A stretch of DNA of 64,000 bases from an uncultured bacterium (GCA_964607485.1 CAZSKP010000012.1:32001-96000); one strand, 5' to 3'. Numbered from the stretch's first letter, positions 47,835 to 57,654 are shown. Notes: generated by a model from the letters alone, not told the origin. Translations and numbers: made by a program.

Positions 47835-48953
47835 ATGAAAACCATCGTGACACCCGAACCGGCGCCAACTCTCGGCGACCTGTTCGGGGGGAAGAATCGC
47901 GTCGGCACTCTCTTGAGACCCGACGTAACGCTGACCTGCACGGGCAGGTGCGCATACATGCTCGGGCTGCGGATGCTCCGGCTGTCAGGAACTGCGAAAG
48001 TTCTTCTGCCCGCGCTGTGCTGCACGGCGCTTGTGTCGGCGACGAGGGCCGCGGGCGCAGTTCCGATTTTCTACGACATCAAAGACGACCTGCGTCCCGA
48101 CCTGGATGGGCTTGAGAAAAGGGCGACAGAAGCTGAGGCGCTTGTCGTCATTCACTACCTCGGGTTCCCGCAGCCGCTTGAGGAGATACTGGAATTCTGC
48201 AAACGAACCGGCATTCGATTGATAGAAGACTGCGCCCATTCACTTTACTCACGGGTCGATGGAAAGCTCCTCGGCTCGTTCGGAGTGTTTTCATTCTTCA
48301 GCGCGAGCAAGATTCTGCCGGTCCCAAACGGCGGCGCGGCCGTGTGGAATAACGGTCTCTGCTCGCCGCCATTCTCTTTGCCGCGTTCGCGCACGTTCGA
48401 ACTGCTCTCAGCATCGAAATGCCTGCTGAGGTGCGCCGAGAATCTATTACGGCTTTCTCCGCGCGCGTGGCTGCTCAGCTCGGACAATCTGCGCCGTGCC
48501 ATCGCCGGGAAAGATGCAACGGCCAGACCCGCCTCTTTCGCATCCGCAAGATTATCCGAGAAGGCGCTCTTGAACGCCGACCCGGACGCAATCGTCACGA
48601 GGCGAAGAGAAAACTACACCTTCCTGTTGAGCGAAACCCGCGGCCTGCTCGACGGGTCCCTGCCGGGGCCGCTTGCAGATGGCGTCAGCCCGATGGGTTT
48701 CCCCTTGCTGGTGCGAGACCGCCGTTCGTTCATGCGGCGGATGCTTCGCGAAAAAATAGTCGTGAGGCCGCTGTGGTCGGAGCTTCCCGACGGGGTCGAT
48801 GCGAGGAGTCACCCGACCGCCGCCAGGGTCGGCCGGCATCTCGTGTATGTTCCCGTTCATCAAGCTCTGCGGCGCGCGCAGGTCGAGCGCATCGGCGCCG
48901 CTCTCAAAAAATCACTGCGCGAGGACGCCTGTGAAAAGATTTTTGATAGTTAA
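47835..48953 (+). CDS. DegT/DnrJ/EryC1/StrS-family PLP-dependent aminotransferase
   Basis: IHYLGFP, IEDCAHS, FSASKILP..NGG (PLP lysine), RRRENY, VPVHQ. Confidence 0.82.
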   Translation: MKTIVTPEPAPTLGDLFGGKNRVGTLLRPDVTLTCTGRCAYMLGLRMLRLSGTAKVLLPALCCTALVSATRAAGAVPIFYDIKDDLRPDLDGLEKRATEAEALVVIHYLGFPQPLEEILEFCKRTGIRLIEDCAHSLYSRVDGKLLGSFGVFSFFSASKILPVPNGGAAVWNNGLCSPPFSLPRSRTFELLSASKCLLRCAENLLRLSPRAWLLSSDNLRRAIAGKDATARPASFASARLSEKALLNADPDAIVTRRRENYTFLLSETRGLLDGSLPGPLADGVSPMGFPLLVRDRRSFMRRMLREKIVVRPLWSELPDGVDARSHPTAARVGRHLVYVPVHQALRRAQVERIGAALKKSLREDACEKIFDS

Positions 48954-49830
48954 CGCCGACGAGTTCGGACTCACCGAGGGAGTGAACGAAGCGATTGTGG
49001 ACTGCCATCGAAACGGAATTGTCACCAGCACAACGTTGATGGCGAACGCGTGGGCCTTTGAAGAGGCCGTGTCGCGGGCCGCAGAGAATGCCGGCCTCGG
49101 CGTGGGAATACACGTCAATCTGACCTTCGGCTCTCCCGTTGCGCCGGCGGGCGGCGTTCGGTCGCTGATGGGCCGCGACGGGCGGCTCCTCCCGCGGCCC
49201 CTTCTCCTGCGGCGGTGGATTTCGAGCGGCCTCAGGATGGAAGAGGTCGAGACGGAACTGAGGGCGCAGGTGGAAAAGGTGCTGGCCGCTGGACTAAAGC
49301 CGAGCCACCTCGACAGTCATCAGAACACGATGATGATTCCGGGCGTGCTCAAGCTCTTTCTGAAGGTGGCGGGCGAATTCGGAATACCCATACGGCTGCC
49401 CTACGAGCCGCCCAATTTCGACGGGATTTCGAGCGTTCTAAAAAATTTCGCCACGTGGCGTCACGCCAAGAAGAGGCTCACGAGCCGTCTGTGCGACCTC
49501 GGCCGCTCTTCGCTGCGTGAGTGCGGCGTGAGAACGATCGATCGGATTTACAGTCTGCCGAGTTGTTTCATGCCTCCCGCTCTTGGCATGTGTGGGCGGT
49601 ACGAGGCGCTCATATCGCGCATCGGGCCGGGCGTGTCTGAGCTGTTGACGCACCCCGGTTGGTCGGACCACCGGCTCGAAGAATTCCTCGGGGGGTCGAA
49701 GACGCGAGCAGAGGACAGAGAGAGGGAGCGCGCGGCACTGGTAAGCGAGCGGCTGAAAGAAGCCGTCCGAAGACACGACATTCATCTCATCAACTACAGG
49801 GAGCTCGCGGGATGTCCGGCAAAAGGCTGA
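48931..49830 (+). CDS. YdjC/ChbG/HpnK-family carbohydrate deacetylase
   Basis: LIVNADEFG, VTSTTLMAN, VGIHVNL, SHLDSHQ, ELLTHPG. Confidence 0.9.
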   Translation: MKRFLIVNADEFGLTEGVNEAIVDCHRNGIVTSTTLMANAWAFEEAVSRAAENAGLGVGIHVNLTFGSPVAPAGGVRSLMGRDGRLLPRPLLLRRWISSGLRMEEVETELRAQVEKVLAAGLKPSHLDSHQNTMMIPGVLKLFLKVAGEFGIPIRLPYEPPNFDGISSVLKNFATWRHAKKRLTSRLCDLGRSSLRECGVRTIDRIYSLPSCFMPPALGMCGRYEALISRIGPGVSELLTHPGWSDHRLEEFLGGSKTRAEDRERERAALVSERLKEAVRRHDIHLINYRELAGCPAKG

Positions 49831-50963
49831 GAATCCTTCATCTGACAAACAGCTCCACGATGGGCGGTGTCGAGGCGCACCTGCTTTCGCTGCTCAGCCG
49901 GCTCGACCGAAACGAGTTCGACCCGGTCTTCGGATTCCTTGACGATTCGGCCCATCTGCCCGACTCGCTCGCTCCCCGGTTTGCGGAAAACCGCGTCCCG
50001 GCTATCGGCCTGAAGGCAACCTCGCGCCTGGACGTGCGCGCCTTCGCGCGACTCGCCTCGCTGATGAGGGCGGGCGGGTTCGACATCGTCCACGTTCATC
50101 TCTTGCTGTCGGAACTGTGGGGAATCCCGCTTGCACGCCTGAGCCGCGTGCCGGCGGCAATCGTGTCGGTGCACAACAGGAGCCGCCGATATGCGAGGTT
50201 CCCGACCAGTCTTCTGGCCGGCCTCAACTTCAGGCTGGCCGACAGGGTGATTGCGATTTCGAATTCCGTGGCCCGGCACCTGAGCGACCACACAAGGGTA
50301 CCTCAACACAAACTGCGCGTGATCCATTATGGGTTCGATGTTCCGCCGCCTGTCAGCGCGGGCGCCGACGGCCTGCATTCGGAGCTTTGTCTCCCGCCCG
50401 ACACGAAGCTCATCGGTGTGGTTGCCAGGCTGGTTCCGGAAAAAGGGCACGTCCACCTCTTCGACGCGATGCCCGACGTTTTCAGGACGAACAGGAACTC
50501 TCACCTGCTCGTCATAGGCAGCGACGACGCGGGGCTCGCAGGCGGGTTCAAGGCGCAGGCACAGAGGCTTGGGATAGGCGACAGGGTCACGTTCCTCGGA
50601 TACCGTTCCGACGTTGCCGCGATTCTCCCGCAACTGGCCCTTTTCGTGCTGCCGTCGCTCACCGAAGGATTCGGGCTGGCGATACTGGAGGCAATGGCCG
50701 CGGGTTTGCCGGTCGTATCGACGAGCGCCGGCGCGATACCCGAGATTGTGGAGGACGGCGTGACGGGTTCGCTGGTGCCTCCGGCTCAGCCCCGGCCGCT
50801 GGCCGAGGCGATCAATCTCGCGCTCGCCCGCAGCGACCGGTCGCGAGAGATGGGTCTGGCCGGACGCAGCCGCGCGACGGAGCGATTCAGCCTCACGAAA
50901 ATGGTGTCGGCGACGGAGGACCTCTACCGCGAAGTGTCGCGAGAAAAGGGGCTGGTCCGATGA
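49812..50963 (+). CDS. Glycosyltransferase family 4
   Basis: MGGVE, VARLVPEKGH, PSLTEGFGLAILEAMAAG. Confidence 0.9.
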   Translation: MSGKRLRILHLTNSSTMGGVEAHLLSLLSRLDRNEFDPVFGFLDDSAHLPDSLAPRFAENRVPAIGLKATSRLDVRAFARLASLMRAGGFDIVHVHLLLSELWGIPLARLSRVPAAIVSVHNRSRRYARFPTSLLAGLNFRLADRVIAISNSVARHLSDHTRVPQHKLRVIHYGFDVPPPVSAGADGLHSELCLPPDTKLIGVVARLVPEKGHVHLFDAMPDVFRTNRNSHLLVIGSDDAGLAGGFKAQAQRLGIGDRVTFLGYRSDVAAILPQLALFVLPSLTEGFGLAILEAMAAGLPVVSTSAGAIPEIVEDGVTGSLVPPAQPRPLAEAINLALARSDRSREMGLAGRSRATERFSLTKMVSATEDLYREVSREKGLVR

Positions 50964-52102
50964 AGCGCTACAAGATACTCCGAATCATCACCAACTCGGA
51001 GGCCGAGCCGGGAGGAGCCGCCAATCACGTGTATCAGCTTTCGAGCCGGCTCAACTCGGTCTTCGAGACGATGGTCGTGTGCGGGACGGGCAGGCGCCTC
51101 GTCAAGAGGCTCAAGAAGGCGCGCGTGCCGGTCCTGACCCTGCCGCTCATGAAAAGGTCCCCGTCTCCCCTGCTGGACATCGCCTGTGTGTGCGAGCTGC
51201 GCCGAATAATCAAGGAGGGAAAGTTCGACATCGTGGCAGCGCACAGCACCAAGGCGGGCCTCATCGGGAGGGTGGCCGCGGCGCTGGCGGGCGCTCCGCT
51301 GGTCGTATTCACCGCCCACGGGTTCTCGTTCAACGAGCCGTCCGGGATGGTGAAGCACCGTCTCATGCTGTGGCAGGAACGACTCGGGGCTCGTCTGGGC
51401 GACCACATCGTAGCCGTCTCGGAGTATGACCGTCGCGCGGCTCTCGCCGAAAAGGTTTGCGGGGAGGACGGGATAACCACCATCCACAACGGAATCGACC
51501 TGGCGAAGTTCGACCTCGAGAACGGCTCGACAAAGCAAAAGCTCGGCTTTAGCACAGCCGACCGCGTGGTCGGAACCATCGCGAATTTCTATCCGAACAA
51601 GGGACTTGGCTTCTTCATCGACGCCTTCGAGGTCGTTTCGCGCGAGCTGAAAGACGCGCATGCCGTCATCATCGGGGACGGGCCGACCATGCCGGCGGTC
51701 CGCGCGCGGGCGAAGGCGAAAGGGCTCGCGGGAAAGGTTCGATTCCTCGGGTACAGGGACGACGCCGCCCGCTTCCTGCACGCATTCGATGTGTTCGCGC
51801 TTTCATCGGTGAAGGAGGGATTCCCGTGGGCATTGCTCGAAGCGATGGCCGTCGCGAGGCCCATAGCCGCGACCTCCGTCGGAGGGGTGTCGGAAATGGT
51901 CGGCGAGACGGCGCTGCTCGTCCCACCCCGCGAGCCGGCCTCGCTCGGCTCGGCGATACTCGGGCTGTTGAGCGGGCGAGAACGGGCTTTCAGCCTGGGG
52001 GCGGCGGCAAGAGAGAGGGTGGCCGGCAATTTTACGATTGAACGAATGATACAGAAAACGGAGAAGCTGTACCTGAACCTGCTCGAAAGGAAGGACAGAT
52101 GA
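50960..52102 (+). CDS. Glycosyltransferase family 4
   Basis: HSTKAG, FTAHG, SSVKEGFPWALLEAMA; ATGA overlap. Confidence 0.9.
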   Translation: MKRYKILRIITNSEAEPGGAANHVYQLSSRLNSVFETMVVCGTGRRLVKRLKKARVPVLTLPLMKRSPSPLLDIACVCELRRIIKEGKFDIVAAHSTKAGLIGRVAAALAGAPLVVFTAHGFSFNEPSGMVKHRLMLWQERLGARLGDHIVAVSEYDRRAALAEKVCGEDGITTIHNGIDLAKFDLENGSTKQKLGFSTADRVVGTIANFYPNKGLGFFIDAFEVVSRELKDAHAVIIGDGPTMPAVRARAKAKGLAGKVRFLGYRDDAARFLHAFDVFALSSVKEGFPWALLEAMAVARPIAATSVGGVSEMVGETALLVPPREPASLGSAILGLLSGRERAFSLGAAARERVAGNFTIERMIQKTEKLYLNLLERKDR

Positions 52103-53574
52103 GAATACTCCTGATAGACCCCCCCTTCCAGAGATTCATGCATTTCAAGTGCGACTGGTTTCCGCTGGGGCTGGGCTACCTCGCGGCGGTGCTCGCGCGG
52201 CATGGACACGAAGTGAAGGTGTACAACGCCGAGTTTCACGACCGCCAGCGCTATCTGCGCTCGTCCGAGCTGATCGATTCGTTCGACCTGTATCTCGACG
52301 CGCTCAAAAAAGGCGAACACGAGGTCTGGACCGAGATAGGGCACACCATCGGATACTTCGCGCCAGACGTCGTGGGAATAACGGCCGCAAGCGTGAAGTT
52401 CGCCTCGGCTGCGGCGATTGCGGCAATATCCAAGACGCTCTTTCCCGAGACTCCCGTGATCCTCGGCGGGGCGCACGCCACCAACTGCGCGCGAGAGGTT
52501 CTCTCGAAAGAACACGTGGACATCGTGGTTCACGGCGAGGGCGAGGAAACAGTAGTCGAACTCATCGAGGCATTGGGCGGACATCGGGACCTCCGCGACG
52601 TGGCGGGAATTTCATTCAGGAACGGGGACGGCTCCATCGTGCACAACCGCAACCGCGGGCTCATAGACGACCTCGACGCGCTGCCGTTCCCCGCCCGCGA
52701 GCACCTATTGGATGGAGAAAAACTCGAATCCGAGAGCATGGGCAACATGATAACCAGCCGCGGATGCCCGTTTTCGTGCGCCTATTGCGCCGCGCACACG
52801 ATCTGGACGCGCAAGGTGCGGTATCGCTCCGTCGAAAACATCGTGGAGGAAATCAAGCTGATACGGAAGAAATTCGGGACGCTTCAATTCACGTTCTGGG
52901 ACGACTGTTTTACGCTGAAAAAAAGCAGGGTGTTGCATCTCTGTGAAATGCTCCGTGGCGAGGGGTTGGATATCGGCTGGGGATGCAACACCCGCTTTGA
53001 TTTGCTCGACGAGGAACTCATCAGGGAGATGAAAGACGCCGGCTGCAACAACATCGAGGTGGGGGTGGAAAGCGGCAGCCCGAGGATACTCGAGAAGGTC
53101 AAAAAGGGCGAATCGGTCGAAAAGATGCAGCATGTGGCCTCGCTGCTCAACCGCAACCGGCTGTACTGGTCGGCGTTCTTTATGATCGGATTCCCGGACG
53201 AGGACACGAGCGACATCGCGAAGACGCTCGACCTGATGAACGACCTGAAGCCGTGCTGGTGCACGTTCAGCATTTTCACTCCGTATCCCGGCACGGAACT
53301 CTACGAGACTTCCGTCAAGAGGGGTCTGTTTCCGAGCGATTGCGACTGGAGCGAATTCGGCCATCAGAGCCCCCACAACAGTTTCACGTTCAACATGAGT
53401 CGGCGCGAGTTTGCGGAGGTCGCGAAGGTTGTCGCAAAAAAGTTCGACGGGTACAACCGCAAGCCATCTCTGCTGCTGAAGAAGGCGATGACGCGCACGT
53501 CGCTCTATTACAGTTCTCCAAAGACGCTGGTGGGAGACTCGAAGAAGCTGCTCGACTGGCTGGGCATAGCTTGA
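52099..53574 (+). CDS. B12-binding radical SAM protein
   Basis: FPLGLGYLAA, LGGAHAT, GEGE, SRGCPFSCAYC, GVESG, FTPYPGT. Confidence 0.92.
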   Translation: MRILLIDPPFQRFMHFKCDWFPLGLGYLAAVLARHGHEVKVYNAEFHDRQRYLRSSELIDSFDLYLDALKKGEHEVWTEIGHTIGYFAPDVVGITAASVKFASAAAIAAISKTLFPETPVILGGAHATNCAREVLSKEHVDIVVHGEGEETVVELIEALGGHRDLRDVAGISFRNGDGSIVHNRNRGLIDDLDALPFPAREHLLDGEKLESESMGNMITSRGCPFSCAYCAAHTIWTRKVRYRSVENIVEEIKLIRKKFGTLQFTFWDDCFTLKKSRVLHLCEMLRGEGLDIGWGCNTRFDLLDEELIREMKDAGCNNIEVGVESGSPRILEKVKKGESVEKMQHVASLLNRNRLYWSAFFMIGFPDEDTSDIAKTLDLMNDLKPCWCTFSIFTPYPGTELYETSVKRGLFPSDCDWSEFGHQSPHNSFTFNMSRREFAEVAKVVAKKFDGYNRKPSLLLKKAMTRTSLYYSSPKTLVGDSKKLLDWLGIA

Positions 53575-53614
53575 GCATGTTCGGCGCGCCCAGGCCCTGC
53601 AGCCTGAGACACAC

Positions 53615-55042
53615 ATGCGGATATTGAGCCACACGGTCTCAAGGCGCAAGCTGCTGCTGGTCTTCGCCGACCAGGTTGTCATCTGGGTGGCGCTCCTTGG
53701 GTCGGCGACGCTCAGGCTCGGGAGCGAAGAGGGCGCCCTGTACATCCGCACACATCTGTACTCCTTCTTTCTGCTCTCGTTCCTTTACGCCGTCACGTTT
53801 TACGTGGCCGACCTGTACAACCCCGGCAAGGACATCCGGAGCTATCGCACGATTCTCATCGTCGCGCTGGCCTCGTGCACACCCCTTCTCCTCTCGACCG
53901 TCTTCTTCTATGCGCACTCCCCCCTGAGGCTCGGAAGAACGATTCTCGTCCTCATCGGCGCGTTCGTGTTCGTCGAGACGACCGCGTTTCGGTGGGTGAT
54001 TTCAAAGGCGGGAAGGAGAGGCCCGCTGAAGACAAAGATCTTCGTCATGGGGACGGGACAGGCCGGCCAGACCCTGCTCGAAGACATCGAGCGTAACCCA
54101 TGGAACGGCGTCGAGGCGCTTGGGGCGCTGAACAATCCCACCTCGGTCAGCGAGACAGTCGTCTGTGAAAGAAACATCCTCGGCGGGGGGAACGAGGTCG
54201 AGGACCTGTCGAGGAGGATGTCGGCCGACGGTGTGGTCATCGCGTCCACATATGAGAGATTGACCAGCGAGATGAAGCGGACGCTGGTGAAATGCCGGCT
54301 CAACGGGATGCGCGTGATCGACAGGTTCACCTTCTACAGCGAGTTCTTCGGAAAAATTCCCTGCGATTACCTCACTCCGGAGTGGCTGTTGTATCGAACC
54401 GAAAGGCTGACGAGTTCGTTTCACCGGCGCGTCAAGCGCCTCTTCGATGCGGCGGTGGCGGCCGCAGGGCTGGTCGCCACCTCTCCCCTGCTGTCGCTGG
54501 TGGCCGTCGCGGTCAGATTCGATTCCCCCGGGCCGATACTTTACCGCCAGAAGCGCGTTGGAAAAGACGGCCGCGAATTTACTCTGCTGAAGTTTCGCTC
54601 GATGTACGAAGACGCCGAAAGAGACGGGCGGGCCGTTTTCTCGCACAAGAACGACCCGCGCATAACTCGTGTGGGCAAACTCATTCGCAAAACGCGGCTG
54701 GATGAGCTGCCTCAGTTGTTGAATGTGCTGAGGGGCGAAATGAGTATCATCGGTCCCCGTCCCGAGCGCGCGGCATTTGTCGAAGAATACATGCGCCGTG
54801 TGGACGAGGGCGTCGAAGAGGATGACTACCAGGAGAACATTCCCAATTATTCCCTCCGCCTGCTCGTGAAGCCCGGCATCACGGGATGGGCACAGATTAC
54901 CTGCGGCTACGCCGATTCGCTGGCCGCCTCCAAGGAAAAGTTGGAATACGACCTCTTCTATATAGTCAATCAATCCTTCCTGCTCGACCTCGTGATTCTG
55001 CTCAAGACAATCAACGTGGTCCTCTTCGGCAAGGGCGTCTGA
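53615..55042 (+). CDS. Priming polyprenyl-phosphate sugar-phosphotransferase (WcaJ/WbaP family)
   Basis: KRLFD, KFRSM, DPRITRVG, LDELPQL, GPRPE, VKPGITGWAQ, YDLFY. Confidence 0.94.
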   Translation: MRILSHTVSRRKLLLVFADQVVIWVALLGSATLRLGSEEGALYIRTHLYSFFLLSFLYAVTFYVADLYNPGKDIRSYRTILIVALASCTPLLLSTVFFYAHSPLRLGRTILVLIGAFVFVETTAFRWVISKAGRRGPLKTKIFVMGTGQAGQTLLEDIERNPWNGVEALGALNNPTSVSETVVCERNILGGGNEVEDLSRRMSADGVVIASTYERLTSEMKRTLVKCRLNGMRVIDRFTFYSEFFGKIPCDYLTPEWLLYRTERLTSSFHRRVKRLFDAAVAAAGLVATSPLLSLVAVAVRFDSPGPILYRQKRVGKDGREFTLLKFRSMYEDAERDGRAVFSHKNDPRITRVGKLIRKTRLDELPQLLNVLRGEMSIIGPRPERAAFVEEYMRRVDEGVEEDDYQENIPNYSLRLLVKPGITGWAQITCGYADSLAASKEKLEYDLFYIVNQSFLLDLVILLKTINVVLFGKGV

Positions 55043-55131
55043 GCGTCCCGGCCAAGCTGCCAGAAGGAACTTCTGTTATAATCTCTCCGATTCCTACCGG
55101 CGTATTGTCGAATTTCTCGTGTGCGATAGGA

Positions 55132-55228
55132 CTGGATTCCCGCTTTCGCGGGAATGACAAGAGGAGCGGGAATGACAAAACATCAAGAATTCCAAAGATG
55201 TCATTCCCCGGCTCGACCGGGGAATCCA
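55132..55228. repeat. REP-like palindrome cluster (GTCAT...ATGAC family)
   Basis: CTGGATTCCCGCTTTCGCGGGAATGACAA, a partial copy GCGGGAATGACAA, and an inverted copy TGTCATTCCCCGGCTCGACCGGGGAATCCA; same family as 1258-1335. Confidence 0.8.
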
Positions 55229-55277
55229 TAATAATTCATTTGGGCAATGTGCCGTTCCGAAAGGATGGACTGTCAAC

Positions 55278-56219
55278 TTGTCCGAGCAAGGTAACATCGG
55301 TTCTTCAATCCGAACCCGAAGCGCAGAGCGTCTCAAGGGCATGGGACAGATGCTCGTCGTGACGCTGCTGTGGTCGTCGTCGTTTCCCATTCACAAGGCG
55401 CTCATCGCGGGAGGCATGCCCCCGCTGTCACTGGCGGCGTACCGCTATTTCTCCGCTTCGCTGATCCTGCTGATTGCGCTCGGACTGAGGACGCACCGAA
55501 GAGCGCAAACCGCGGCCCCCGCGACGCGGCCCATCCCCGGCCAATGGCCGATACTGTTGGGAATCGGCTTCTTCATGTACACCGCGCAGGGCGTTCATCT
55601 CACGGCGCTTTCGCTCATCTCGGCGTCCGACTCCGGGCTCGTGAGCATGACGTTCATGCCGGTGGCCGTGGCGATACTCGCCTCATTCATCGAGAGGACC
55701 CCGCCGACACGGGCGCAACTGGCCGGATTGGGGATAATACTCGCGGGCATCTACATCTACTTCCCACATAACATAGGAGGCGCGCGGCTGGCAGGAGTGC
55801 TCCTGAATGTGCTGTCCTCGTCCATGTGGGCGGTCGCGGTCGTGCTCACCCATATCGCGGTCAGCAGGATGAAGATGACATCGCTCAAACTGACGACTGT
55901 CTCTATGATGACGGGCAGTTCCATCCTCCTCCTTGTCGCTCTCTTGCACGATCGCCTGTACGTTCCCGGCGCCGGTCAGATGCTCGTGCTGGCGTACCTT
56001 GCCTTCGTGAATACCGCGTTCGCCTTCGCGTTGTACAACCACACGATGAAGTTCCTGGGCGCATTCGAGATCGCGGCGTTTCAAGACTCGATGGTTATTC
56101 AGATAGGCATCCTTGCGGCAATATTCCTCGGAGAGTCGATCTCGCCCCTGATGGCGCTCGGGATGCTTCTGGTTGTGGCGGGTGTGGCGGTGGTGCAATA
56201 CTTCGCTCCGGAAGGGTAG
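55278..56219 (+). CDS. DMT/EamA-family transporter (start may be 55341)
   Basis: About ten TM helices in two repeats; LLWSSSF...K, PLSLAAYR, IFLGESIS. Confidence 0.88.
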   Translation: MSEQGNIGSSIRTRSAERLKGMGQMLVVTLLWSSSFPIHKALIAGGMPPLSLAAYRYFSASLILLIALGLRTHRRAQTAAPATRPIPGQWPILLGIGFFMYTAQGVHLTALSLISASDSGLVSMTFMPVAVAILASFIERTPPTRAQLAGLGIILAGIYIYFPHNIGGARLAGVLLNVLSSSMWAVAVVLTHIAVSRMKMTSLKLTTVSMMTGSSILLLVALLHDRLYVPGAGQMLVLAYLAFVNTAFAFALYNHTMKFLGAFEIAAFQDSMVIQIGILAAIFLGESISPLMALGMLLVVAGVAVVQYFAPEG

Positions 56220-56343
56220 CGCCAACCCGCTTCTTTGTTGCGAAAACAACACGGCTCAGCTACAATACTGTCCAATAAGAAATAACGATGTTGATGATGA
56301 GCGCGCTGTCAGGCCTCATGTTGGCCGTCGAAGGAGACAACCG

Positions 56344-57654
56344 ATGAGCGCATCGTCCGGCAAGAAAATTGTGTTTTTGGGAGGCGGCAGCAGCCAGTTT
56401 GCGCCCGCCCTTATCGGCGATTTCATCCGCACAAAGGAACTCTACGGAAGCACGATCGTGCTGGTGGACGTGAACGAGGAAAAGCTGAAGGTCGTCTCAG
56501 AGCTCGGACGACGCCTGGTCGAAGCGACGGGCGCGGAGTACAAGCTGGAGAGCACCCCCGACAGGACCGAGGCGCTGCCGGGAGCCGACTTCGTTATCGT
56601 GAGCGTCGAGGTCAACCGCTTCCCGTTGTGGAGGCTGGACCGGCAGATCCCGAAAGAATTCGGCATCGAACAGGCGCAGGGCGAAAACGGCGGCCCCGGC
56701 GGGCTCCTTCACGCGATGCGGCAGATACCCGTCGTGGTCGAGATCTGCCAGGACGTCGAGCGGCTTTGTCCCGACGCGCTCGTGATCAATCTGGCCAATC
56801 CGATGTGCCGCATCCTCCAGGCGGTCCACGATTACACCAAGGTCAGAAGCATCGGCAGTTGTCACGAAATCGTTGACGGACAGATGTTCCTTTCGTTCCT
56901 CCTGGATCTTCCCGAGGAACGACTGAACGTGGTGGCCGCCGGACTCAACCATTTCACGTGGTATCTGAAAATCCAGGACAATGAGACCGGCGAGGACCTT
57001 TACCCGATGGTGCGCGAGCTTGCCCCGGTCAAGGTGAACATGGACCGCCTGCTCGTGGCCGAGCTGCTCCGACTCACCGACTACCTGTGCGTGACGAGCG
57101 ACAGCCACGTCGGTGAATTCCTGGCCGGGGGTCATGTGTGGAAAAGCGAATGGGCTCCCGACGTCGAGCCGCTGGACTTTTACGAGGTCTATCAGCTATA
57201 CCTCAAGGACGTCGATGAGCGCGTGAAATCGCTTGCCGATGGCGTCTTCCCTCCTGAAGAATTCATCAAGAAGCCTTCGGGCGAGATCATTGCGGACATC
57301 TTTGCTGCGATCGCCCGGGGACGCAAAGAGCGTTTCAACGCCCTCAATCTTCCCAACGACGGCTACATTTCCAATCTGCCCGCCGACTGCATCGTGGAAG
57401 TGCCCGCCTGGGTCAATGGCGGCAACATAAGCGGCGAAGAGGTCGGGCCGCTGCCGCCGCTGCTGGCGGGCTGGTGCCATCTGCAGACGACCATCCACCG
57501 CCTCAACGCCAAGGCGGCGATGGAGGGCGATCGACAGGCCGCGCTGGAGGCGTTGCTGCTCGACCCGACGGTGCCCGATGTGTACGTCGCGGGAAAGTGC
57601 CTCGACGCGATGCTCGAAGCGAATCGGGCTTATCTGCCCAGGTTCTTTGGCTGA
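56344..57654 (+). CDS. Glycoside hydrolase family 4 (NAD+/Mn2+-dependent alpha-galactosidase/glucosidase-like)
   Basis: KIVFLGGGS, GENGGPGG, NP, GSCHE, GLNHFTW, IVEVP; ATG 56344 follows AAGGAG. Confidence 0.9.
   Translation: MSASSGKKIVFLGGGSSQFAPALIGDFIRTKELYGSTIVLVDVNEEKLKVVSELGRRLVEATGAEYKLESTPDRTEALPGADFVIVSVEVNRFPLWRLDRQIPKEFGIEQAQGENGGPGGLLHAMRQIPVVVEICQDVERLCPDALVINLANPMCRILQAVHDYTKVRSIGSCHEIVDGQMFLSFLLDLPEERLNVVAAGLNHFTWYLKIQDNETGEDLYPMVRELAPVKVNMDRLLVAELLRLTDYLCVTSDSHVGEFLAGGHVWKSEWAPDVEPLDFYEVYQLYLKDVDERVKSLADGVFPPEEFIKKPSGEIIADIFAAIARGRKERFNALNLPNDGYISNLPADCIVEVPAWVNGGNISGEEVGPLPPLLAGWCHLQTTIHRLNAKAAMEGDRQAALEALLLDPTVPDVYVAGKCLDAMLEANRAYLPRFFG

Noticed and set aside
32246-50959. 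Long N-terminal extensions on tracked ORFs 32246, 37300, 37653, 47736, 48799, 49659 and 50117
   Set aside because: The extensions overlap upstream genes and are Arg/Pro-rich nonsense; internal starts coupled to the preceding gene fit better.
25534-55042. PEP-CTERM/exosortase system
   Set aside because: The priming transferase and GNAT resemble those of such loci, but no exosortase or PEP-CTERM tail is visible in the window.
55132-55228. CRISPR array
   Set aside because: Only two or three palindromic arms in mixed orientation, no regular spacers and no cas genes.
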